From Carcharhinus longimanus (Eukaryota): DNA of 64,000 nucleotides. The stretch covers positions 21,471,262 through 21,535,261 of the forward strand of contig JASCQW010000148.1 of NCBI GenBank assembly GCA_030264375.1. Direction: 5' to 3'. The notes under the pieces were generated by a model. The model was not told the DNA's origin. It saw only the letters and a program-made list of their open reading frames with translations, and searched no databases. Position numbers and translations under genes: made by a program. Positions 32,972 through 43,612 of the stretch are shown piece after piece (position 1 is the stretch's first letter; each line of letters opens with the position of its first letter).

Positions 32972-34982
32972 TACATCAACCGTAAAACATAACACTTCGG
33001 TTTTGTTAAAAGCAAAACTTGTGAGCAGAAGAGCAATTTTAATTTTCAAAGATCAGAAATTATGATAAACTGGACTGACAGAACCATTACCTTGTGGTGT
33101 CCGCTCTCGTGAGGAATTAGTAAATGTTTATTACATTGTTCCGAATCAAATAGCCTGCCTCACCGTCGCCCGTGAGATAACTTCTGTTTATTTATAATCC
33201 AGTACAAAGAATCCCTTCCCAGGCTGCATAGCACAGGAGGGTGCCTAGGCCTTTTTACACATCAGATGTAAGCCATATGAAATATTTGGATTTTATGTAA
33301 AATTATGAATGACCTCCTGTAGTATGTGCAGTCCCAAGTTGATTTGGGGCCAGAATGTCCATGTGTAGCTGTGCTGGTTAGACATATACAAGCCCAAAAC
33401 CAACAAGGAACATGATTCCACCTTTGTAGTCAATCCCCTTACCATCTGTCGTTTTGCATAATATTCGCATACTAGGTTGTTAAACTTGCTTGAATCTCTG
33501 TCATTAGAGGCTGATAACCAAGCAGAATGTGAATGTTGGAGGTGTGCAAATGCAGAAAAACAGTACGTTTTTTCCCCTCAGTACAAGCAGAGCATCAGTT
33601 TATATTCTTCAGAAAATCCAAGGGATTCAGTACTCTGCATCTATTAATGATTTGCATGTTGCATTAAAGATAAAAGATTATGCTCATGTAATAGCCCTGT
33701 CCGATAGCAAAAAAGCATAATGCACAAGTCATGTTTTCATGAGAGATGTATGGCATTTTAGATGTTGGGAATTGAGTTTGGGTTGTCATTTTAAGTGCAC
33801 AAAGAAAACAGAAGTTCATTTCTTAAAAATAACTTAAAAATAAACCCACTTTACCCAGTTTTATAAAGAGTGAAGCTGCCTGATAGCTTTTTGCTTCAAT
33901 TCAGGAATCCTCTTCATTTTTAAGGCTATGTGTTGCTTGAGGAAGGGAGAGGGGGGTCAGTTGTGATTCAAACACCTCAAAAGTAAACCAAAGGACAAAG
34001 GAATAAAAGCTATTTAATTTAACAAGTAAATACAGGACACTTGCCAGCAGCTGTTTCCATAGCTGTTTCAGTTCATTCCTTAGTACTGCTCAAGACATTT
34101 TATGCAGTGTTGTGGATTAGTGTCTGTTTGTCAATTTTATTTAATCTGCATTAGCATTGATACATAGGGCTGGAACTTTATTTAAATCTCTTGGGCATGA
34201 ATAAATGTTGGAATAACTTTTACCACAGTGTATTTGTAAATAGCAGTTCAAATGGGTTCCTTGACTTTTAAAAAAAGTCATTATAATTCTCATACAGTGG
34301 TTAAAAGATTGCTCCTTCAGTAATTAGTTAATTCTATTTTGGGCTAATTGAACTCATCATATGGACATGCAATACAATCATGTCAATTGTAATTTTAAAT
34401 CCAATTTTTCACCTTTTTGTCTTGGCTATATACTGCAGATAAAGTGACTGTTGCCATGAACAGCGTTATTTCAATATTCATGAAGTATGGAAAGGATAGT
34501 GTAATGAGAAATTGTCAGTGGAAGTCCACAGCCTTTATAACACCTGGTAGTGTTCGGATGTAACTGTTTTGCTTACTCCTTTCTGTATTATTGACTCTTA
34601 AATATTACATTTTTAATCATAATCTGAATCTCTTTAACTGAGAAAGTTAGAGAATAATGAGTAGTTCATGACAACTCCCATTAAGTAAATTATGAACGTA
34701 TGTTCTTTTGAAATTTTGGCAATAGAGGTAAAGAGTAACTGACAGATTTTCTATTTGATGATCCAACCTTGGATTTCCTCATCCCACAGGGACTAATATT
34801 TAAAAATGTTATTTAGAGCCATGCTGATGTTTTTTTTCTACTCCAAAGTGTCTCCACATCTGATACTAAAATGTAATTTTCGAAATTCATGATGAATTTG
34901 GAAGATTGCAAGACAGAGTACATGATGCATACGATGCCAATATTTCAAGATGATACAACAAACTGATGTAAAGCAGGCCACT

Positions 34983-35700
34983 TTTTAAAATTATTTCATG
35001 AGATGTGGGGATCACTAGCTAAAACCTGGTGTTGTCAGACTTTTTACTGTGTTTACGCCAGTCCAACGCCGGCATACCCACATCATGATCACTAGCTAGA
35101 CAGGCATTTATTGCACATCCCAAAATGCCTTTGGGAAACTGGCAAAGAGTCACATCTTCTTCAAACACTTCAGTCCGTGTGATGTAGGCATATCACAGTG
35201 CTGGGAGGAAGGGAGGTACAGGTTTTTGACCCAGCAACAGTGAAGGAATAGCTATAATTATAGGTCGAAGTGAGAATGGTGTGTGGTTTGGAGGACAACT
35301 TGCAGGTGATGGTACTCTCATATATCTGTTGCCCTTGTCCTTTCAGGTAGTAGAGCTTGTGGATTTGCAAGATGCTGCAGTGCACATTCTCAGTGATACT
35401 CACTGTTGCTATTGTGTGTTGGTGGTAGAGAGAATGAATGTTAAAGGTAGTGGATGGGGTGCCAATTAAGCAAGCTGTTTCGTCGTGGGTAGTGTCAAGC
35501 TTCGTGAGTGTTGTTGGAGCTGCATTTATCCAGGCAAGTGGGCAGTATTCCATCACACTCCTGATGTACCTTGTAGATTGTGGACAGGACAGGCTTTGGG
35601 AGGTCAGTTGTTTGCTGCAGAGTTCCCAGTCTCTGACCTACTCTTGTAGCCACAGTATTTATATGCTGGTCTAGTTCAGTTTCTGGTCAATGATAACTCT
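34983..35700 (-). mobile_element. CR1/L2-superfamily LINE (second family) 3' part
   Basis: ORF 35170-35556 MMEYCPLAWINAAPTTLTKLDTTHDETACLIGTPSTTFNIHSLYHQ. Same family as 24225-25103. Confidence 0.85.
35022..35086 (+). mobile_element. 65-bp 5'-truncated retroelement end (probably Penelope-type) with 12-bp TSD
   Basis: gatcactagcta at 35010-35021 and 35087-35098 flanks aaacctggtgttgtcagac...ccagtccaacgccggcatacccacatcat. Confidence 0.75.
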
Positions 35701-37591
35701 TGATAATCAGAACTAATTTCTCTTTGAATGACCCAAACATGATGTGGAGTTGAAAATGGCCACTTCTTAAGAAATTCTCCAAATTGATCCTAACAAACCT
35801 TTTTTTGAGAGCTATGACAGTGATTAGGATAGCCTTTCAGAGAAGCCTATGCCTGAACCACAATCTGAATAGGGAGCTTTTAACCAGTTTAATATTTAAA
35901 TTACTTGAATATAATGCTGAGGTAGCCAATTCAGTTCTTTCAGTTGTCTTAAAGAAAAAACATTTCCACGAATCTTTTATTTTCTTCGAGAGTTTTGTGG
36001 TCTGCCAAGTCAGTTTGTTTTCCCCAGCATCCCAAAGTGGATTGCTTTACATTGGCTGGTCACATTATGCTTAAAAGCCTGCATTTTATGTATTTTGTAC
36101 TCATTCATTATCAATTTGGAAAATTATTTCTCCAAGATATCCAATTAGTTCTAAGACTTCTTGCAAAGATACTCCAGTTGGAAGCGCCTTCCTTTCTGGA
36201 GACAGGAACCCCAGAGGTTCATCAATTACATTTCTTTTCACCTCTTTGCCGCCTTATTATGAATCTGACAGAAATTAGGGATAGAAAGGTTCTAAATAAT
36301 TCTCTTTGTTCCCCTACTCATTAAATGAAGTATCTTTATCTGGCATCATCCAGATGATTATCCAGATCACTGAGCTGATTTTGTTTGCATGGCAAAAGTA
36401 TCTTATGTCTCAGCCTTGTTTGCATTTGATATCCTATTTTTTGAGTTTTAGGCCCAAGTTTTTGGAGCAAATTTTTCCATTACTGGTAGTAATTATTCTT
36501 ATGACTGTTAAGAAAGCTTCTACCAGTCACATATGCAGCACTAAACCTGTCTGTTGTTGTCAGCAACAAATTTTCAGATAGTTTGTAAGTCTCATTTAGC
36601 TTCTTCATTGTAACGTGTGTATACAGAAAAAGTTTTAGATTGTATGACTTCTTGATGCTATCACAATAAAATTATAGCCCATTTAAAAGCGCATCAGTCA
36701 ATCTCCATCTTTTCTTCTTCAGATCTTGTTGCTCGTGCACTTACCTTGCTTTGTTTCTTAGTCCAGTTTTTTTTTTCAGGAAGAGCTTCAGAAAATGCTT
36801 CAAAACAAATAATGTTTTTAAAAGTGTGCTCAAATGAAACTTTGCCATCCAACTTCACACTCACTGATTGAATATTGCAATTCTTTTGTACTTAGTTTGT
36901 GGTTATGTTTCATTGATTGATTCTTGTTACATTGAACTCTTACTTGCTGAATTATTTCATGGGGATATTTCGTAAAAGAAGGACAGTTTGAACCTGCTAT
37001 TGCCACTTCCTTCTCTTCATAGACTGACTTGTGTTTATCTTGAGGCACTGAGAGAATATTGCTCTGAATTATTTCCTCTCAGCAGGTCGTAACTGAATTG
37101 CTATAGGCATCACTTTTGATTTGATATTAGCTTGACTCTTTTGTAAAATAAGTTGCCATAAAGAAATATAAAGTGTGGTCTGCGTTGCTTCCTGTTGTGA
37201 ACAAACAAGTTGCAACACCATGATGGCTTGCTAAGAATATGGATGGAAGGATACTTTAAAAATAACATTTTGAAGGTATCCAGAGTTTGTGGTGTACACA
37301 ATCTTGCACTATTGCTTGTCTTTTAGCTTCATTTCTATATACTAACAGATCTCCCATTGATACACAATAACATTTAAAGACTGCCTGTGGCTTCATGTAA
37401 CTCTGTTTCTGCTGCCTCCTTGAATTCTTTGCTCCCCTGTCTTTTTCTTTCTCTCTTTCCCTTAAGGATTTCCTTTGATATCCCTATGTTGCTATCATCT
37501 AAGGCTGCCTTCTCTATTTGCTGCGTTTTCTTGCACTTTATGTCTTAAGTGCTGGAAAAACTCAACAGGTCTGACAGTATCTGTGGAGAAA

Positions 37592-37903
37592 GAACATAAG
37601 AAATAGGAGCAGGAGTAGGCCATCTAGCCCCTCGAGCCTGCCCCGCCAGTCAGTAAGATCATGGCTGATCTGTCGTGGCTCAGTTCCACATTCCCGCCCT
37701 CTCCCCATAACCCTTAATCCCCTCTCNNNNNNNNNNNNNNNNNNNNNNNNNNNNNNNNNNNNNNNNNNNNNNNNNNNNNNNNNNNNNNNNNNNNNNNNNN
37801 NNNNNNNNNNNNNNNNNNNNNNNNNNGCCTCCACCACTTCAACGGGCAGAGAATTCCAGAGATTCACCACCCTTTGAATGAAGAAGTTCCTCCTCAACTC
37901 CGT
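37592..37903 (-). mobile_element. CR1 LINE 3' end (N gap inside)
   Basis: gaacataagaaataggagcaggagtaggccatc tail. Minus strand TELRRNFFIQRVVNLWNSLPVEVVE. Confidence 0.9.
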
Positions 37904-37967
37904 AGAAACAGAGCTAATGTTTTGAGTCCAATATGACCCTTTTTCAGAACCAGTTCTGAAGAGTTCC

Positions 37968-38421
37968 AAAGAATCATCGAACTCTAGAATCCCTACAGTG
38001 CAGAAGGATGCCACTCTGACCATCTATTCTGCACTGATTGTACAACAGAGCATCTTACCCAGGTTTATCCATCAGCCTTTTCCAGGTATTTACCCTATTA
38101 ATACCCCTAACTTAAAATCTTGGTATACTAAGGGACAATTTAACATGGCTAGTCTATCAAATCTGCACATTGTTGGACTGTGGGAGGAAACCCACGCAAA
38201 CACCAGGGATGGAATTTTCCCATCCTGCCCACCACAGGAATTGTAGCAGGCCAGGACACAGACTATGCACAGGTCCATTGACCTTGGGCAGGTTTTCCAG
38301 CCTTGGGGTGAGCCAAGCCAGAAAATTCTGCCCTGGGAGAAAGTGCAAGCTCCACACAGACTGGAATTGAACCTGGGTCCCTGACACTGTGAGGCGGCAG
38401 TGCTAGCCACCATGCCACCCC
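37968..38421 (-). mobile_element. V-SINE, HE1-like with CR1-derived tail
   Basis: tagaatccctacagtgcagaagg tail, ggactgtgggaggaaacccacgc V-domain and gaattgaacctgggtccctg...gtgctagccaccatgccacc tRNA head. Confidence 0.85.
38204..38335. mobile_element. MITE nested inside the SINE V-domain
   Basis: TIRs cagggatggaattttc / gaaaattctgccctg interrupt the SINE motif cacgcaaacac|ggagaaagtgc. Confidence 0.75.
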
Positions 38422-38599
38422 TGTCATATTGGACTTGAAACGTAATGCTGCGTCTCATTCCACAGATGCCCTGAGAACTGCTGAGTTTTTCCAGCACTTT
38501 GTCTCATTTTGTGTTTGTCTCTCACTTTTGGCTCTCTTGCTTCCTTTCTTCCGTTTTTTTTTGTAAGCCCAATTTTCTAATAGCCGCTGCTACAAAGAG

Positions 38600-39100
38600 A
38601 GAGCAAGGCATGGATTTAGGAGGAAATGCAGGTTAAATGGGGGAAACAGGATAATAAGCTGTGGCTGGTAAGAGCCTCTACTTTCAGTTGACTTAGACCA
38701 ACACTTATACCAAATTTTGTGTCCAAAAATGGCATGATTTGGAGAGAGAGCAAGAGATGGGCTAGTATGCAACAATGGGCTGGGGTAGCCCAAGTAGAAA
38801 TGGGTGACTCAGCCAGACATGCAGTTGGGCTTTTGGAATTTGGACTCAGATGTAACCAACTTAAGGCAGAGGAATAGTGATAGGAGCATCAGAGACAGAT
38901 AAGATTGGACTTGGAAGGAGTAGAAAGACCAGTGTTTTAAGATGAGATTGGGGTTTGGAACAAGTGAGATCACTGAGGTTTGGTTACAAAGGAGCTGAGA
39001 TAGTTGGAATTTAGGCTTGGAGGTGAAAGACAATATAAAGAGGCACTTGAGAATTGCGTGGTGAGTTACAGGAGTTCATTCCTGATAATGAAATGACAAA
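38600..39100 (-). mobile_element. L2-like LINE remnant
   Basis: Purine-rich decayed antisense LINE-like sequence. No clean motif. Confidence 0.3.
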
Positions 39101-39749
39101 TTAACCAGTTTTCTGGGTAGAGTATTACAATGTATATTCACAATGTATCTGCTAATCTTTGCCTGGGATACCCTCAGTTGATCAGATATACAAATGGAGT
39201 GGTTTTTTTTGTTTTGCAGCGATTAGAGAGTTAATTCGTACAGAAGGACAGTTTTAATTTCAAATAGTTTGTATTTGTGGTTGTGATCCTAGAACAGACC
39301 CCTAAAGTTTGGTAAGATCTGGTTGGGGACTTTAGAGAATAAAGCCACAAAATTAGCAAAGCAAAAATGAACATTAAACAAGGTCAGAAAGATAAATCAA
39401 GTTGCAATATCCATCTTATACTCTAATATTCAGAGTGAATATAAGGTGCATGTGAATTAACAGGCAAATTAGCTGAACACACCACACTGCACGATAGATG
39501 ATAGCTATGAGGAATAGGATCCATAGATTTCTCACCAACCCAACCAGATGTCAGTAAACTCCGAGGGTCTACCTATTTCCCTGAAATTCTGTCTCTTTCG
39601 CGAGGAATTCCTGTCTCCATCTTTGAAGATCTCGCCTTGGAATTCTCTGCACAAGTTGTTCTATCTCCCCAACAATGGTCTAACTTATAGCTTTTCAATG
39701 TCATCTCTTGACATTCCATTCCATTTGTGGTAGCAAGTTCCATATTTTT

Positions 39750-39971
39750 TGCACATTCTTCCCCCGTCTGCATGGATTTGTCCCGAGTGCTCTGGTTTCC
39801 CTTCACAGTTCAAAGATGTGCAGATTAGGTGAATTGGCCATGATAAACTCTCCCTCAGGGTACTCAGTGTACTCAGCTGCTGAAGTGTGGCGACTAGGGG
39901 GTTTTCACAGTAGCTTCATTGCAGTGTGAATGTAAGCCTACTTGTGACTAATAAATAAACTTTAAACTTTT
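39750..39971 (+). mobile_element. V-SINE with Rex1-like tail, 5'-truncated
   Basis: V-domain plus gtgtggcgactagggggttttcacagtagcttcattgcagtgtgaatgtaagcctacttgtgactaataaataaac. Confidence 0.9.
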
Positions 39972-40230
39972 AAACCGAGGCCCTGTCTACCCTTGCGAGT
40001 GACACAAAAGGTTCTATGGCATATTTCTTCGTGCCAATACATATCCCACAATCAACATCACAAAAACAGACTATTCAGCCTTTATCATATTGTATTTTGT
40101 GGAAACGTATTGCATGTAAATTAGCTGCTGTGTTTCCTACCTTAAAATAATGACTACACTTCAAATTCATTTCCTTGGCTGTAAAACACTTTGAGACATT
40201 TAATCATCATGAAAAATGCAATATAAATTA
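39972..40230 (+). mobile_element. DeuSINE (SacSINE1/AmnSINE1-type) central domain and L2-type tail
   Basis: aaaccgaggccctgtctaccc...caacatcacaaaaacaga...aaattagctgctgtgtttcctac...gactacacttcaaa...ttggctgtaaaacactttg follows the recalled Deu-domain consensus order. Confidence 0.75.
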
Positions 40231-40989
40231 TTAAAATCCTATTAGGGACCATTAACATTTAAATAGGAGTTTGAACACCCAGCAATCGATTGACAGAATG
40301 ACACCAGACAATTTCTTATTTTTACAATAAGAATTCAGCAAAGCAAGCGCTAACATGATAGTTTGTCGCTATTTAATGCAGGAACTCTGTTCTACTTTTC
40401 AATTCTCCCCAAGAGAAGTCTTATACGTTGAAAAAAATCTTGAAGGTTCTTCCTTCTTGGGACAAACCCAAGGCATGCTACAGCCGCTTTCCTTGATTCC
40501 TCCTCAGTGTTCTAAATATTCTCTGAGGTATGAAATTTCATGGGGATCCTTTCATTAGCTTGGTTAAACAGTCCTCCACATTCTCTTCAAAACCTCACGC
40601 CTGTGGACTTCTCAGTGCAATCTTAGGCTTCACTGAGTTCTTGTTTAGAGATTTATATATTAGCTCCTAATGGCCCTCTTATGCTCCCACAACTTCTGTA
40701 CAATTGCTGGTCCCACAGCTGATTCCCATCTGTTGGTTGATATTTGTTCCAGGCTGACTGCTTCTAAGCTAATTGCAAACTACCTTCTGCCACAAGGCTC
40801 TGTGAGAACCACTGTAGGTTTCTTCCTCTATCTTTGAGGTAGACAAATCTTCTAGATTCATTTATCCTTATGAAATCCAAACTCAATCCAGCCTCGCCCA
40901 TGTTCCATTCAGTGAACTATTAAGGTAATAGTTTCTCAGCTTAAGATGTAGACCTGACTAATTATTTCATTTAGCTTTCCCAACTCAGT

Positions 40990-41235
40990 GACCTGAAGTC
41001 TACACCAAAACTATCAACTTTGATTTGAGCATATTGAACCATTGAGCATCCACAGCTTTTCGGGGTATCAAATTCCAGCGGCCCACAATCCTTTGCACAA
41101 AGAATTGTTTTTCTGCTCTTGGTTCTGTCTAGCCATCCCCTTATTCTGTGATTGTGACTCCTAGATCTGGACTCTCCAGCCAGGGGCATCATCCTCTGAG
41201 TATTTATTCCTGCTAAGCACCTTAAGGTTGTTTCA
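40990..41235 (-). mobile_element. CR1 3' remnant
   Basis: Minus strand MPLAGESRSRSHNHRIRG (CR1 GESRTRGH motif). Confidence 0.7.
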
Positions 41236-42154
41236 ATGATAAGAACAAACTCAGTGCATTGATCTCTTCAGCATTGAACAAAAACAAAATGAGATGCAAA
41301 GAGCTAAGCATCATCAACATTTTCTGCCAGACTCCCCCTCCCAAAGAATGATTAAACACAAGAGGAAAATTGCAACAAATATCAATTGTTGCGATGGCTT
41401 CCCACATTACTTGAAAGCAAAAGCTGGAGAACCCACAGGGGGTTAAAAAAACGAAACTCACTGGGTAATCATAAAATGTTTGTCAGGGAAAAATAAATTC
41501 AGGAACTCTGAGAAATACAAAGAATTGGAATCATTCCCCCAAATTCCAGAAAAGGCAGTCAGAAGAATTGAAAGATTTTAGAGATGAACAGTTTTTAAGT
41601 ATGCTCAGGATCAGAGGCATGGAGAGAACACGAGGGCATATGATGGGATGGAGTTCAGGAGCTTACAAAAAAGGGATAGAGCAAGGTAAAATTAGGTGAT
41701 AATGGGACAAAAACAAAGGATCAGTCCCAAAGAGATGCAGATGGGATAGAGGGATAAAGTGGCTGTCAATGAGAAGTGCAGGATTTTTAATTAATATGGA
41801 GTAACTGGGAAAATGAAACAGGTTCTTACAGCAAGTGTGTTGGTTAGAAGTATAAACAAGGTAGCTGTGGGAGGATTATTGAAATTGTTACAGCAAAATA
41901 TCAGAGGAGGATGGGAGCATGGAAAATCTGGCAAAGCAGGGAGGGTTGCAGTGGCTTGAGAATAAGTAGAAGCAAGGTAGGAGCCCCAGCTATCTTGCTA
42001 ACTAAGCACCAATGGAAGATCCCATCCCAAGTAGCAGTCAATGCCTCCTTTATTCCCAGTGACTCTAGTGTAACCATGCTCCCATTAGTAATGCCTGTTG
42101 TCTGAAAGAAAATGAGAGTGGTGGTTCGGGTCTAAAGTTATTGATTGCAGTATT

Positions 42155-42470
42155 AAAGCCCCTGGAGTCGATGGAATCCCTGCTGAAATCCTGAAACACA
42201 ATGGAGATACACTCCTGACAAGGCTGCACAACGTCATATCCCTCATCTGGGAAGAAGAACACGTGCCACTTCCTGCCAGCAGGGATGCTGTGATTGTGAA
42301 TAATTTCAAAAAGAGAGCTAATTGCAGGAACAGTTGCAAAGCCTTNNNNNNNNNNTGACAGGGAAGTTCATTGTAAAGATCTTTTTAACCATGTCCCACT
42401 GGCTGTGGAACTATTTCCAGAGTTGAGATGCACCACAAACATGACCTTCACTGCGTGGCAAATTCAACAT
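42155..42470 (+). mobile_element. RTE-clade LINE fragment (RT N-terminal)
   Basis: KAPGVDGIPAEILKHNGDTLLTRLHNVISLIWEEEHVP...RDAVIV and MTFTAWQIQ. Confidence 0.8.
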
Positions 42471-42799
42471 TCCCAAAAGAGTCTCGATGTGTTTTGGTAA
42501 CTTCCTGAATGAGCCTTCCCCATTTTGGTTGGCCAAGAACCAATGTCTCACATGAGGCAGTGGGTATATTTGACTTCTTCAGAAATGCATCCTCTGGGAG
42601 TCTAATTTCTGCCAAGACTAATTTCTGAGCAGAGCAGTTGTTATGATCCTGTTAAGACCGATAACTTTTAAAAAGAGATGAATTTCCTAACCAACTAGAG
42701 AACAGGTTATTTTAGATCTAGTATTATAGAACGAAAAATTAAAAATCTTGTCAATTTCCTAGTGTATTGTTGATGGAAAACTTAGTAGTAATATATATT

Positions 42800-43612
42800 G
42801 TAAGGAAGATGCAAATCAGCTTCAAGAGAATTTGGACAGCAAGAAGATGGCAAATGTGCAGAGTATTAAGTGGAATGAGATTAGAAATTATAGATGTACA
42901 AAAGAACCTGGGTGCCATCGTAAGTAAGTCCCTGAAGACTAATATGGAGACGCAGCATGCAATTACAAAAGCTAATGTTATGTTGGCCTTTATTGCAAGA
43001 GGGTTTGAGTACAAGAGTAGTGAAGTCTTACTTCAATTGTATGGAAGTTTGGTTAGACGGCACCTAGAGTACGGTGTGCAGTTTTGATCCCCATACCTGA
43101 GGGAGGATATTATTGCCTTGGAGGGAGTGTAACAAAGATTCACCACACTTGTTCTTCGATGACAGGACTATCCTGTAAAGGGAGATTGGGGGAAACTGGA
43201 ACTACATTCTCTAGAGTTACAGAATAATGAGAGGTGACCTAATTGAAACCTACAAAAGACTTCGAAGGATAGGTGCAAGTAGGATGTATCCCCTGTGAGT
43301 CTAGAACCAGGGGACACAATTTTCAAAATAAGGGAGAAGGCATTTAAGACAGAAGATATTTTCTTTCCTCACAAGTTTGCAAATCTTTCAAATTCTCTAG
43401 CCAAAGGTCTGTGGAAGCTCAGTCATTGAGTTGATTTAAAGCAGGGATTGACAGATTGCTAAATGCCAATGACTTAAAGGGATAATAGGGAGAGTGTGTG
43501 GAAAAATGCATTGAAGTAGATGATTAGCCCTGATCGTATTGAATGCAAAGCAGGCTTGATGAACTGAATGGTCTACTCCGGTCTACTCCAGTCTACTCCT
43601 GCCCCTATGTTC
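42800..43612 (+). mobile_element. CR1 LINE 3' ~0.8 kb
   Basis: QKNLGAIVSKSLK...KANVMLAFIARGFEYKSSEVLLQLYGSLVRRHLEYGVQF, then the 3'UTR with a 3x10-bp tandem gtctactcc(g/a/t). Confidence 0.9.

Larger units (their letters stand above)
37550..38500. mobile_element. Penelope-derived palindromic element, host of nested CR1, SINE and MITE
   Basis: Left arm 37550-37590 plus 37905-37950, right arm 37953-37963 plus 38423-38500. The arms are mutual reverse complements (gagtccaatatgac / gtcatattggactt, gtgctggaaaaactca / tgagtttttccagcac). Confidence 0.8.

Noticed and set aside
43570-43600. 3x10-bp tandem gtctactcc(g/a/t)
   Set aside because: Simple slippage within a CR1 3'UTR with no sign of function.
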